IMG/VR virus record: IMGVR_UViG_3300031555_004891
Direction: 5' to 3' (one strand)
Length of the DNA stretch: 64,000 nt
Origin: a virus
Lineage: Duplodnaviria > Caudoviricetes
Made by a program: the position numbers and the translations under genes. The notes under the pieces are model-generated. The model did no database searches and was not told the DNA's origin. It saw only the letters and a list, made by a program, of their open reading frames with translations. This document shows positions 11,528 to 21,137 of the stretch, piece by piece (position 1 is the stretch's first letter; every line of letters begins with the position of its first letter).

Positions 11528-12256
11528 ATGATGGGATATTTAGATAGAAAAGCTAGAATAAAATTCTATGAAGAATTAAAAAAAGCTGGTAAAACAAAAA
11601 TACAGCTTCAAGAAAATTTATTGAAAGAAGAAGCTGAAACTGTTCCAGTAGTTGTAGTAACTTCAGAAGAAGTTGCGCCTTGCTCTATTCCAGTAATGGA
11701 TGAGTGCCCAGTTGTGGTGGAACCAAATAAAGAAAACGATCCAGGTGAACCAAAATCTGTTCCAACAGAAGATATAGGAATAGCTGACATGCTCATATAG
11801 GCTATTACTGATGAGTATGCTACAATTGCTCAATATAATTCTTTAGTAGCTATTTTAAATGACACAGGATATTCAGAGTTAGCAGCTGTTGTAAGTCATA
11901 TAAACGAAGAAGAGCAAATCCATGTTGGTATGTTACAACATGCTATGGAAGAAGTTTCAAAGCAAGCTAAAAAAGTTGAAGATGGTAAGCAAGAAGCTGA
12001 GCAAATAATTTCAGGCGAACCTATTGTAGAAGAACCTGTTGTAATAGAAGTTGCGCCAAAGGTTGCTGAGCAACCTTTAGAAGAAGCAGTAAAAGAAGAT
12101 AAAATAGAAGAAGCTCAAGCTTTAGTTGATGCAGCTATTAAATGCTTTGGAAGAATTGGCGGTGGCTTATATGATGACTTAGATGAAATGGGTCTATATG
12201 TAGCAGAAGAAGATGGAAATTATATTGTAAAAAAGAAAGTTCCAGACGCTGAATAA
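11528..12256 (+). CDS. 242-aa protein (1 TAG) containing a ferritin-like di-iron helical pair
   Basis: ORFs 11528 and 11930 are in frame via TAG 11798. The revealed segment reads LI(Q)AITDEYATIAQY...INEEEQIHVGMLQ (E..., Y, ExxH). Confidence 0.75.
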
Positions 12257-12274
12257 GTCTTCGGGAGGTTTTAT

Positions 12275-12676
12275 ATGAAAATTTTATTAGTGGAAGATTT
12301 TTCAGAAGAATTTGATTTTTCAGAAGAATTAGAATACTACGCAGATGATGTTGTAGATGACGAAGATTCTGGAAAAGTTTCTGGATCAGTTTATGTACAG
12401 ATAGATTCAGACGAAGTTTTAACATTCTTTTGGGAACATGCTGACATAGATATAGATAAACATCCAGAATTAGAAGATGATTTAAACTGGAAAAAATATG
12501 TAAAAGAAAATTACGAAGAGCTTTGGGAAAATCTAGGTGAAGCTTTATAGGATTATTATAAAGATAGAGCTAGAGATAAAGTCTATGATAATTGGGATAA
12601 TTATGCTATAGAAGACGAATCACCCTATGATGACCGAGCAGAGCTTCTGAGAGATTATTACAGAAACGTATTATAA
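12275..12676 (+). CDS. Acidic hypothetical protein, 133 aa (1 TAG)
   Basis: SD GGGAGG. Reads through TAG 12548 to TAA 12674-12676. Confidence 0.75.
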
Positions 12677-12680
12677 AAAT

Positions 12681-12718
12681 AATAGGTCGCCATGAGGTAA
12701 TTCTTAAGGCGACCTATT
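12681..12718 (+). terminator. Hairpin closing the acidic-protein block
   Basis: AATAGGTCGCC / GGCGACCTATT inverted repeat; weak U tract. Confidence 0.6.
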
Positions 12719-12760
12719 CGAATAAATTAAAAATAATCTAGAATGATACATAAAATAATT

Positions 12761-12770
12761 GCTAAATTAT
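12761..12770 (+). promoter_or_regulatory. Putative late promoter GCTAAATTAT
   Basis: Exact copy ahead of fibre cassette A, within AAATAATT-GCTA-AATTATTT dyad symmetry. Confidence 0.65.
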
Positions 12771-12806
12771 TTGTGAAAAGCAATTCTGGATTTTTATGAG
12801 GTGACT

Positions 12807-13232
12807 ATGTTTGAAACTTATCACAACATTCCAACTTCATATATACCTAATAACATGAGAGCTGAAGTCAATGAGTATAAAACACCTTTAGCAGAATATA
12901 ATATAAAAGGTGATTTTATTGGTTACTCATGGAATTGTGGTGATTCTATTGTTTTAGAGTTCACTACTGAGGGTGATGTTACATATAAAGATTTAGAATT
13001 TTACGAAGATGCTGAGACCTATTTATCTGGTAAATTAATGACTTTATCTATATATAATTTTAGACATGAAGTCATGTATACGCAATCATTACCAGCTGCT
13101 ACTGTTGTTAAGTTTTATATAAATGGACAATTAGTAGAAGGTGTTTATAGCTGCGAATTAGTTTTAACAGATTCTAATGATACTATTTAGACTTTAGTTT
13201 CATCAGATGATTATAAATTAATAATTAAGTGA
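12807..13232 (+). CDS. BppU-N-like fibre anchor/adaptor, 141 aa (1 TAG)
   Basis: SD GAGGTG, TAG 13188, TGA 13230. Pattern GDS...GVYSCEL...I(Q)TLV resembles 31906..32280. Confidence 0.6.
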
Positions 13233-13245
13233 GGAGAAAAGGTTA

Positions 13246-13821
13246 ATGAATTTAAAAACAACGTTAAAAGCTTATCCAAAACTTTCTCCATCAATCTTAT
13301 CTAACTATGTGACAAAAGAAGAATTGGAAGCAAAAGATTATGTAACCCATTCGCAATTAAGTGATATTTTGAAAGGGTTTGTAAGGGAAGTCGAAAATCC
13401 AGATCCTGCAGCTATCTATATAAGAAAGCTAGTAGATGGCGAATTAGTATGGGCTCCAGTTCACGATATACCTGGGGTAATAGATGGCGTGCTTTGTTAT
13501 GGAATGACAAAAACAACTACATTAGATGATGCTTAGCTTGCATTATTAAACCGTATGGAGCTTTCATATGATGTTAAGGAATATATGATCGAATATGCGC
13601 CAACATCAAATGGATATTTCTGGATATGCTCAACAAAACCTGTGCTTAAAGTAGAGGCTGATAATGGTTTGACTTATCAAGTAAATACGATTGAGCAAGA
13701 TGGTGTTTTACATTTAACTTATGAGGGTGAAGAATTTTATTTCTTCTGCTGCAGAACAACAAAACTTGCAGCTATACCTGGTGTTGCATATAAATTTAAG
13801 ATAACTTTAGAGGGAGAATAA
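13246..13821 (+). CDS. Fibre-associated protein, 191 aa (1 TAG)
   Basis: Two in-frame ORFs joined at TAG 13534. C-terminal beta-rich domain ending KFKITLEGE. Confidence 0.75.
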
Positions 13822-13822
13822 T

Positions 13823-14920
13823 ATGGCTGAAAATATTGTTACTCGTGTTCCATTGATCGGCGTTTTAACACCTGCTGATATGTGTGGATATGTAGTTGAG
13901 AGTAAGTATATCCAGGGTAGTTATATAGTTGTACAAACTATCGCTGAAAGAAATGCTCTAACTTCTAAAGCCACATATGAATACAATAATGTTCTGCAAA
14001 ATGGTAGTCCTGTTTATGTTGCAGAAGAAAAGAAAACTTACAGATATGAACTTACTGATAGAGGTCCTATGTGGGTTCTCGATACAGTAGATCTTACAGC
14101 TATTGATAAAGAGCTTAAAGAATTAGTAGCTACTGATACCGCATTAAGCGAAGAATTAGAAGATTTTAAATAGGTTGTAACTTTAAGCCTTAATAGTAAA
14201 GCAGATAAATCAGAATTAGCTAATTATGCTACAAAAGCTGATGTAACTGCTGCTGTTTCAGTTAAAGCAGATGATGTACTTTTCACTGATACTTATTTTG
14301 TAACAAAAGCAATTGGCAATTTTGTAGGTGATGGTACTGAAAGCTTGCAAGGAATGACTATCAGAGAAATTTTTGTTAAGATGTTAGGTGCAACATTGAA
14401 AGTAGTTTATGATTCTATAACAGATCAAATTATAGCAGAAGAATTACCTGTTTATTCTATTGATGCTGATGGTAATGTTACAGCTACACCTTATACTTAT
14501 ATTGAAATAGCTGCTGGCTCAGAAGTTGCTGGCGAAATTGTTAAACCTACTCAAAGTGGTTTCTATCAAATTAAAGATTCTAGTGGTAACGTTATTGAAT
14601 CCGGCTATCAGGAAGTGAGTGATGTTAATTTGAACCATGTTTATCATATTGCTTTTCCAGAAGCTGTAGATTTTAATGTCTCAGGTAGAGTTGACGAATA
14701 TGACGAGCTTGGTAAAAAATACAGCACAGTATGGGATGTTTCGACTGGAACTAAATTAATAACACTTACTGATGATTTGACTGTAATAGAAAGTCTTTAT
14801 GATACGCAATATTATGCTGAGATCAAAGCAGAAGAAGATGCGCTTCCTGGCTATAACATGTGGTTAATCGATCCAAATACTATGTCGCCAGGTAAAATAT
14901 ATAGATTTATTATAGAATAA
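13823..14920 (+). CDS. Fibre segment protein, 365 aa (1 TAG)
   Basis: Joined at TAG 14171. KADKSELANYATKAD coiled repeat. C-terminal domain is homologous to that of 32618..34522. Confidence 0.8.
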
Positions 14921-14933
14921 GGAGAATTGATAA

Positions 14934-15698
14934 ATGGCTTTATTAACTGGAAGTCAATATATCCACAGCGGTCTAGGTCCATTTGATGGTAAGATGCTCA
15001 CAGATAGCTATGATAAATTATTGATAGCAGATACGTTCCATGGTTATGCTTACAACGGTATGCTTGTAGCTGTTGCTAATCGAGTTGATACTTCTAACAA
15101 TGGTATTTATTATTTTTATGATAGTAAATGGAATGGTAGAGGTGCTCCCGATGTAACACTTACTAATAATTGGCATAAATTAGGAACTTTAGCTGAAATC
15201 AATGCTATAGCTGATAGAGTATCAGCATTAGAAGCTGGTGGAACTGGTTCTGGCGTAGATGAAACTGCAGTAAATGCGCTTATAGATGCTAGAATAGACG
15301 CATTAAAAGCTGAAATTGCACAAGCTGGCTACTTAACTGAAGCTGATTTAGAAGGCTATGCAACTGAAACTTTTGTAACAAATAAAATAGCTGAAGCTCA
15401 ACTAGCTGGGGAAGAAGTTGACTTAAGTGGTTATGCTACAAAAGATGACTTAAATGATTATGCTAAAACAGCAGATATTGAAGCAAATTATGCTACAAAA
15501 AATGATGTAGATGCTTCTAAAATAATTAACATCAGCTCTATGTTACCAAATGTTGGAGAAGTTGGATATTTTTATATAAATGAAACAGATGGTAAAACTT
15601 ATATTTGGGATGTTGAAAATAGTAAAATGGTAAATTTTGGAATACATTCCGTAAAAGTAATAGATGGCGGCGATGCAAATTCTGTATATGGCGCCTGA
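14934..15698 (+). CDS. Fibre segment protein, 254 aa
   Basis: N-terminal GPFD...YNGM...NNGIY domain, DLSGYATK repeats, C-terminal IDGG motif. Confidence 0.8.
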   Translation: MALLTGSQYIHSGLGPFDGKMLTDSYDKLLIADTFHGYAYNGMLVAVANRVDTSNNGIYYFYDSKWNGRGAPDVTLTNNWHKLGTLAEINAIADRVSALEAGGTGSGVDETAVNALIDARIDALKAEIAQAGYLTEADLEGYATETFVTNKIAEAQLAGEEVDLSGYATKDDLNDYAKTADIEANYATKNDVDASKIINISSMLPNVGEVGYFYINETDGKTYIWDVENSKMVNFGIHSVKVIDGGDANSVYGA

Positions 15699-15733
15699 TA
15701 ATATTTGACTAATAAATTATAGGAGATTTATAG

Positions 15734-17020
15734 ATGGCAGAAGTAAAAACTAAAATTCTTTTAAGAAATGATATTTCAGCAAATTGGGCTACAGTTAACC
15801 CTGTTTTAGGAAAGGGTGAAATGGGTGTAGAAATCGACACAGGTAAGTTTAAGTTCGGTGATAATGCAACTGAATGGAATCAACTTAATTATGCTGTTGA
15901 TTTATCTACTATCAATTTGGGTTCTGTAACTAACCATTATAGAGAAGCTGAATCAGCAGCTGCTCTTCCAACAACTGGTAATACTGTAGGCGATATCGGT
16001 GTTGTTAGAACAACTATTGCGGGTGATGCTAAATCTGTAACCACTTATGTTTGGGATGGTGAAAATTGGAAAGCAACTGATGGTAACTACAACGCAGAAA
16101 ATGTCTACTTTGATGAAGATATGATGGTAACCAAAGAAGTTGGTTACATTACTCTTACTGGTGGTAAGGGTACAATTCCTTCAACTGGTAAAAACCTCAA
16201 AGAAGTATTCGAAGCAATTTGGGTTAAAGAAGCAGATCCAACAAAAACAGATCCTTCTGTTACAGTATCTTTATCTGCAACCGATGGTAAAGAAGTTGGT
16301 ACAACCTTAACTGGTCTTTCTTATACAGCAACATACAGCGATGGTAATTATGAATTTGGTCCTGACCCCACTGGTGCAGATATTACTAAATGGGAAATTA
16401 CATCTACTGCTGGATATAGCAATACTGTAGAGCCTACTGAAGGAAATACAACTGTTGCTTCTAGTTTAAATAATGTTGCTTTAGCTGATTTACTCGTAGA
16501 AGATAGTACTAACTTTACAGTAAGTGCAAAAGCTACACATACTGGCGGTGATGTTCCTAAAACTAATAAGGGTAATGATTGCGCTGATACAACTAAACAA
16601 ATCGTAGAAGGTACAAAAACTGGTAAGTCAAGTGCTATCACTGGTTGGAGAAGAATGTTTATGGGTCCTGTGGCTAAAGACGCTGCTGTAGATTCTGCTC
16701 TTATCTGGGGAATTAATAGCGTAGCTAGTGCTAACAGAATTTCTGCGCAAGTAAGTACCTCTGCTCAAACTTTTACAGCTCCTGCTGGTACTGAAAAACT
16801 TCTTTTAGCTTTCCCTGCAAAATACACTGTTGGTAAGCAAGAATATTTCACAATGTCATGGGAAACTATTACAGACTTCGTAAAAGTATCTGATGCAATT
16901 AAAGTTGCTGATAAACGTGGTGGTGATAATGGTCTTGCCGATTACGAAGTTTGGGCTTACACACCTGCTGGTCCTTTGAAAGCAGACACCCAATTTAGAA
17001 TTACATTAAAGAATGGTTAA
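15734..17020 (+). CDS. Fibre segment protein with Mtd_N/hyaluronidase-N-like domain, 428 aa
   Basis: N-terminus ILLRNDISANW..NPVLGKGEMGVEIDTGKFKFGD...W..L.Y. Confidence 0.8.
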   Translation: MAEVKTKILLRNDISANWATVNPVLGKGEMGVEIDTGKFKFGDNATEWNQLNYAVDLSTINLGSVTNHYREAESAAALPTTGNTVGDIGVVRTTIAGDAKSVTTYVWDGENWKATDGNYNAENVYFDEDMMVTKEVGYITLTGGKGTIPSTGKNLKEVFEAIWVKEADPTKTDPSVTVSLSATDGKEVGTTLTGLSYTATYSDGNYEFGPDPTGADITKWEITSTAGYSNTVEPTEGNTTVASSLNNVALADLLVEDSTNFTVSAKATHTGGDVPKTNKGNDCADTTKQIVEGTKTGKSSAITGWRRMFMGPVAKDAAVDSALIWGINSVASANRISAQVSTSAQTFTAPAGTEKLLLAFPAKYTVGKQEYFTMSWETITDFVKVSDAIKVADKRGGDNGLADYEVWAYTPAGPLKADTQFRITLKNG

Positions 17021-17037
17021 TAAGAGGAGTATAACGA

Positions 17038-19002
17038 ATGGCACAAAAATTTGGTAATTTAGGAAGTTATGTTCCTGGAGAAGATGAAATCATAAAAACA
17101 GCTGACCTTATGACCTTCGGTAAATCTTTTGCTAGATCTAATGGTCAACCTCTTGATGAATCAGAAGTTTGGTATGATCTTGAAGCTCTTGAAGCTTATG
17201 CGTTAACAAACTCTGCTTATGTAGGTCAAAAAGTTGTTTATATCGACCTTGAAAATGCTAAAGTATACCAATACAGCATTGAGCTTGATGGTACACTTAA
17301 AGAAATTGGTACTGCACCTGTTGGTGATGGTAATACTGTTACTGAAGTTGCAGCTAAAGATAACACAATAGCTGTAGAATCTACTCAAACAAAAGATGGA
17401 GATGGTGCAGTTACAAATATTAAATATGACGTAGCTGTAAAAGTTTCTGCAGAAGAAGGTAACGCTGTTTCTGTTAAAGAAGATGGCTTATATGTTGCTA
17501 CTCCAGAAGCTTATGATGATACTGATGTTAAAGCTAGTATAAAAGCAAATGCTGATGCTATTGATGCAGTAGATGCTAGAGTAGATACAACTAATGGAAA
17601 TGTAACTGCTATTGATGGTAGATTACAAACAGCAGAAGGTGAAATAGATGCATTGCAAGAACAAATTAAAGGTTTATCTGGCGCAATGCATTTCATCGGT
17701 ACAGAAGATGCAGTTCCAGAAGATGTAACTGGTTATAAATCTGGTGATGTTATCGCTGTTGGTGATAAAGAATATGTATTTAATGGTACTGCATTTGTTG
17801 AGTTTGGTGATATTAGCGCTGAAGGCGAGAGATTAACTCAAGCAGAAGAAGATATCGATGCTATAGAAGCTGATATTTCTACTATTAACGAAAATCTTGC
17901 TAAGAAAGCTGATGCTACTCAAGTTTCTGCTGATATTAGTACAGCTAAGCAAGCAGCTATCGATGCAGCTGCAACTGATGCAACTACTAAAGCTAACACA
18001 GCAGAACAAAATGCTAAAGATTATGCAGATGCTGAGTTAAAGAAAGTTTCTGATGCTCATGGTGAAGATATCGCAGAATTAAATACTGCTATCGAAACTG
18101 CTGCAACAAATGCAGCTACTGATGCTACAACTAAGGCTAATGCAGCTCAAGCAGCAGCAGAAGCAACTGCAGCTAGCGCTTTAAGCGAAGCTAAGACTGA
18201 ACTTCAAGGTAGTATTACAGCTGTTGATAATAAATTCGCTGATTACACCAAAACAGTTGATTTGGTAGCAGAACATGAAGCATTAGATGCTGATATTAAA
18301 GCTAACACAGCTAAATTCGCTGACTATTACACAAAAACAGAAGTTGATACTACTGTAAGTGGAATCAATACTGAAGTTGGTAAGAAAGCTGACCAAACTG
18401 CTTTAGATGCTGTAGAAGGTAAAGTAGATGCTCTTGCTCAAATTAAGAGCGTAGAAGAAAGTGAGTTTAACATCACTGAAGCTGGTAAGTTAGAGGTTAA
18501 AGAAGTAGCTCAAGCTAAAGTTACTGGTTTAACTACTGCTTTAGCTGGTAAAGTAGATAAAGTTGATGGTTACGGTTTATTAGCTGACAGTGATAAAGCT
18601 AAGTTAGATAAATTAACTTTAAGCGGTGATGACCTTACAATTTCGGGTAGTGTTGAAGCTGGTAGCGTTAATAACCTTGATATATGGATTACTGGTAACA
18701 GAGATAGTTTTGCTGGCTTATTCTCAACTAGCAACCAAACTAAACTTGAAGGAATCGCTGATGGCGCTCAAGTTAACGTAATCGAACAGGTTAACCTTGC
18801 TGGTACTAAACTTGAAGTAAACAATAAAGTAGTTAACATAAATTATGGTACTGCAGACCTTGCTGGTGTTGTTAAATCAGCTACTGATATGAACACTGTA
18901 GCTATTAAATCTGATGGCACTATGGAAGTTAACAATATTTCTGTTGAAAAACTTGTTGTTCCTGAAGGTACTACTTTCATTCTTAACGGTGGTAACGCTT
19001 AA
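17038..19002 (+). CDS. Fibre segment protein, 654 aa
   Basis: N-terminal QPLD...AYVGQ domain, AATDATTKAN coiled-coil repeats, KVDKVDG..L / KLEGIADGAQVN motifs. Ends FILNGGNA. Confidence 0.85.
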   Translation: MAQKFGNLGSYVPGEDEIIKTADLMTFGKSFARSNGQPLDESEVWYDLEALEAYALTNSAYVGQKVVYIDLENAKVYQYSIELDGTLKEIGTAPVGDGNTVTEVAAKDNTIAVESTQTKDGDGAVTNIKYDVAVKVSAEEGNAVSVKEDGLYVATPEAYDDTDVKASIKANADAIDAVDARVDTTNGNVTAIDGRLQTAEGEIDALQEQIKGLSGAMHFIGTEDAVPEDVTGYKSGDVIAVGDKEYVFNGTAFVEFGDISAEGERLTQAEEDIDAIEADISTINENLAKKADATQVSADISTAKQAAIDAAATDATTKANTAEQNAKDYADAELKKVSDAHGEDIAELNTAIETAATNAATDATTKANAAQAAAEATAASALSEAKTELQGSITAVDNKFADYTKTVDLVAEHEALDADIKANTAKFADYYTKTEVDTTVSGINTEVGKKADQTALDAVEGKVDALAQIKSVEESEFNITEAGKLEVKEVAQAKVTGLTTALAGKVDKVDGYGLLADSDKAKLDKLTLSGDDLTISGSVEAGSVNNLDIWITGNRDSFAGLFSTSNQTKLEGIADGAQVNVIEQVNLAGTKLEVNNKVVNINYGTADLAGVVKSATDMNTVAIKSDGTMEVNNISVEKLVVPEGTTFILNGGNA

Positions 19003-19012
19003 TAAGGTAATT

Positions 19013-19050
19013 AAAAATATGGTAGCGCTACAGTTTTTAGCGCTACCATA
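19013..19050. terminator. Intergenic hairpin (U tract only on the minus strand; possibly an mRNA stabiliser)
   Basis: TATGGTAGCGCTA / TAGCGCTACCATA perfect 13-bp stem. Confidence 0.55.
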
Positions 19051-19090
19051 AAAACTATACATATATTATAACTAATAAAGGATTAATTTT

Positions 19091-21040
19091 ATGGCTACTG
19101 AAAAAACTATTTTCACAAGAATTATAAACAAAAACGATTCACTTGCTAACTGGACTACAAATGATCCTGTTTTAAAGCAAGGTGAAATCGCTCTTGCATA
19201 TATCGAAATTACTACTGCTGGCGGTGATATTGTTCCTACTTATTTGATGAAAGTAGGTCATGGTAACAAAAAATTCAGTGAATTAAAGTGGGTTGCTGCT
19301 CCTGCATCAGATGTTTATGCATGGGCTAAATCTGAACATTTAAGTGATGTAACTGAATTCTCAAGCTTAAGCTCAACTGTTAGCACTCAAGGTGGTGATA
19401 TTTCCACATTAAAAACTGATGTAGCTAACATCAAACAATTAACTGGTACAACTGGTGTAGCTGCTCAAATTACTGCAGCTATCGAAGCTTTAGATGTAAC
19501 TGATACAGCAGTAACAGGTCAGTTTGTAACAGCTGTTAGCGAAGCTGATGGTAAAATTACTGTTACTAGAGCAGCTCTTAAAGCTTCTGATATTCCTACA
19601 ATTACTTCTGGTAAAATTTCTGATTTCACAGCAGCTGTTCAAGATTTAATCGATGCTGAAAGAGCTCAAATTGATACTGCTATTTCAGGCGCTAAAACAG
19701 AAGTAACTAATGCTTATACAGCTGCTGATACAGCTCTTAAAACTGAGCTTAGCACAGAAATTGCAAAAAAATATGTAAAACCTTCCACCGGTATTGCTAA
19801 GACAGATTTAGCTAGTGGGGTTCAAGCATCTTTAGATCTTGCTGACAGCGCTCTTCAAGCTGCTGATTTAGCTGATTATGCTAAAACTGCTGATGTAGAA
19901 TCTGACATTGCTGCTGCTAAAACAGAAGCTCAAAACGCTGTAATTGGTGCTAGCACAAATGCTTCTAGCGCAGATACTGTTTATGGTGCAAAGAAATATG
20001 CAGAAGAAAAAGCTAATGCTGCACAAAGTGCTGCAACTACTGCAGCTGCTACAGACGCAACTACTAAAGCTAATAAAGCTTTAACAGACGCTAAAGCATA
20101 TACTGGTACTAGAGAAGCTGCTATTACTACTGCTTATGAAGCTTATGCTGATGAAGCTGAAGCTGCTGCAAACGATTACACTGACACTAAATTAGAGGCT
20201 TACTCAACTAAAGATGTTGCTGATGGCTTATATGATGCTAAAGGTGCTGCTGCAGCTGCTGAACAAGCTGCTAAAGATTATGCAGATGACTTAAAAGACT
20301 CAATTTTAGGTGAAGGTATTTCTAAAACTTTCGACACATTAAAAGAAATCCAAACATGGATTGAGGGTGATGGTGTTAACGCTACAGAATTATCACAAGC
20401 TATTGCTGCTGAAACTTCTGCAAGAGAATCTGCTGATGCTGCTTTACAAAAAGCTATTGATGGTCTTGAAGGCACAAACCATACTCACAGTAATAAAGCA
20501 TTATTAGATACTTATACCCAAACAGAAGTTGATTTAGCTGATGCTGTAAGTAAGAAACATAGTCACAGCAATAAAACTGTACTTGATGGAATTACTGCTG
20601 CAAAAGTAACTGCATGGGATGCTGCTGAACAAAATGCTAAAACTTACGCTGAAGAAAAAGCTTCTGCTGCACAAACTGCTGCTGAAGGTACAGCTAAATC
20701 TTATGCTGATGGCTTAATTGCTGACTTAGATGTAACTGTTACTGGAATGGGTGCTGGTAAAACTATCGCAACCTTAACAGAAGCTAATGGTAAGATTGCT
20801 GCTACTTTCCAGGATATTAAGATTACTAAATCTCAAGTAACTGATTTTGGTAGTTATGATGCAGCTGGTACTGCTCAAACAAAAGCAGATGCTGCATTAG
20901 CTAGTGCTAAAACTTATACTAATACAGAAGTTAATAAAGTTAAATCTACTGTATCTGGTTTAACTATGGATGATATTGGATCAGGTACTAACGCTGTTGT
21001 ATGGGTATTTGATTGCGGTACATCTACTACAGTTATGTAA
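19091..21040 (+). CDS. Fibre segment protein with Mtd_N-like domain, 649 aa
   Basis: TRIINKNDSLANW..DPVLKQGE...KVGHG, AKxYAD repeats, DTLKEI and HxHSNK motifs. Ends VFDCGTS. Confidence 0.85.
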   Translation: MATEKTIFTRIINKNDSLANWTTNDPVLKQGEIALAYIEITTAGGDIVPTYLMKVGHGNKKFSELKWVAAPASDVYAWAKSEHLSDVTEFSSLSSTVSTQGGDISTLKTDVANIKQLTGTTGVAAQITAAIEALDVTDTAVTGQFVTAVSEADGKITVTRAALKASDIPTITSGKISDFTAAVQDLIDAERAQIDTAISGAKTEVTNAYTAADTALKTELSTEIAKKYVKPSTGIAKTDLASGVQASLDLADSALQAADLADYAKTADVESDIAAAKTEAQNAVIGASTNASSADTVYGAKKYAEEKANAAQSAATTAAATDATTKANKALTDAKAYTGTREAAITTAYEAYADEAEAAANDYTDTKLEAYSTKDVADGLYDAKGAAAAAEQAAKDYADDLKDSILGEGISKTFDTLKEIQTWIEGDGVNATELSQAIAAETSARESADAALQKAIDGLEGTNHTHSNKALLDTYTQTEVDLADAVSKKHSHSNKTVLDGITAAKVTAWDAAEQNAKTYAEEKASAAQTAAEGTAKSYADGLIADLDVTVTGMGAGKTIATLTEANGKIAATFQDIKITKSQVTDFGSYDAAGTAQTKADAALASAKTYTNTEVNKVKSTVSGLTMDDIGSGTNAVVWVFDCGTSTTVM

Positions 21041-21049
21041 TAAATAAAA

Positions 21050-21060
21050 CTGTATAAATA
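21050..21060 (+). promoter_or_regulatory. CTGTATAA motif (contains TATAAATA)
   Basis: Second recurring intergenic motif. Confidence 0.4.
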
Positions 21061-21078
21061 ATAAAAGAAAGCCTTATT

Positions 21079-21115
21079 TAGAGAGGAGGAACTCAAACTT
21101 CCTCCTCTCTATTTT
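21079..21115 (+). terminator. Intrinsic terminator
   Basis: TAGAGAGGAGGAA / TTCCTCCTCTCTA 13-bp stem followed by TTTT. Confidence 0.75.
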
Positions 21116-21137
21116 AATTTAAGAAGGGGTAACTCAC

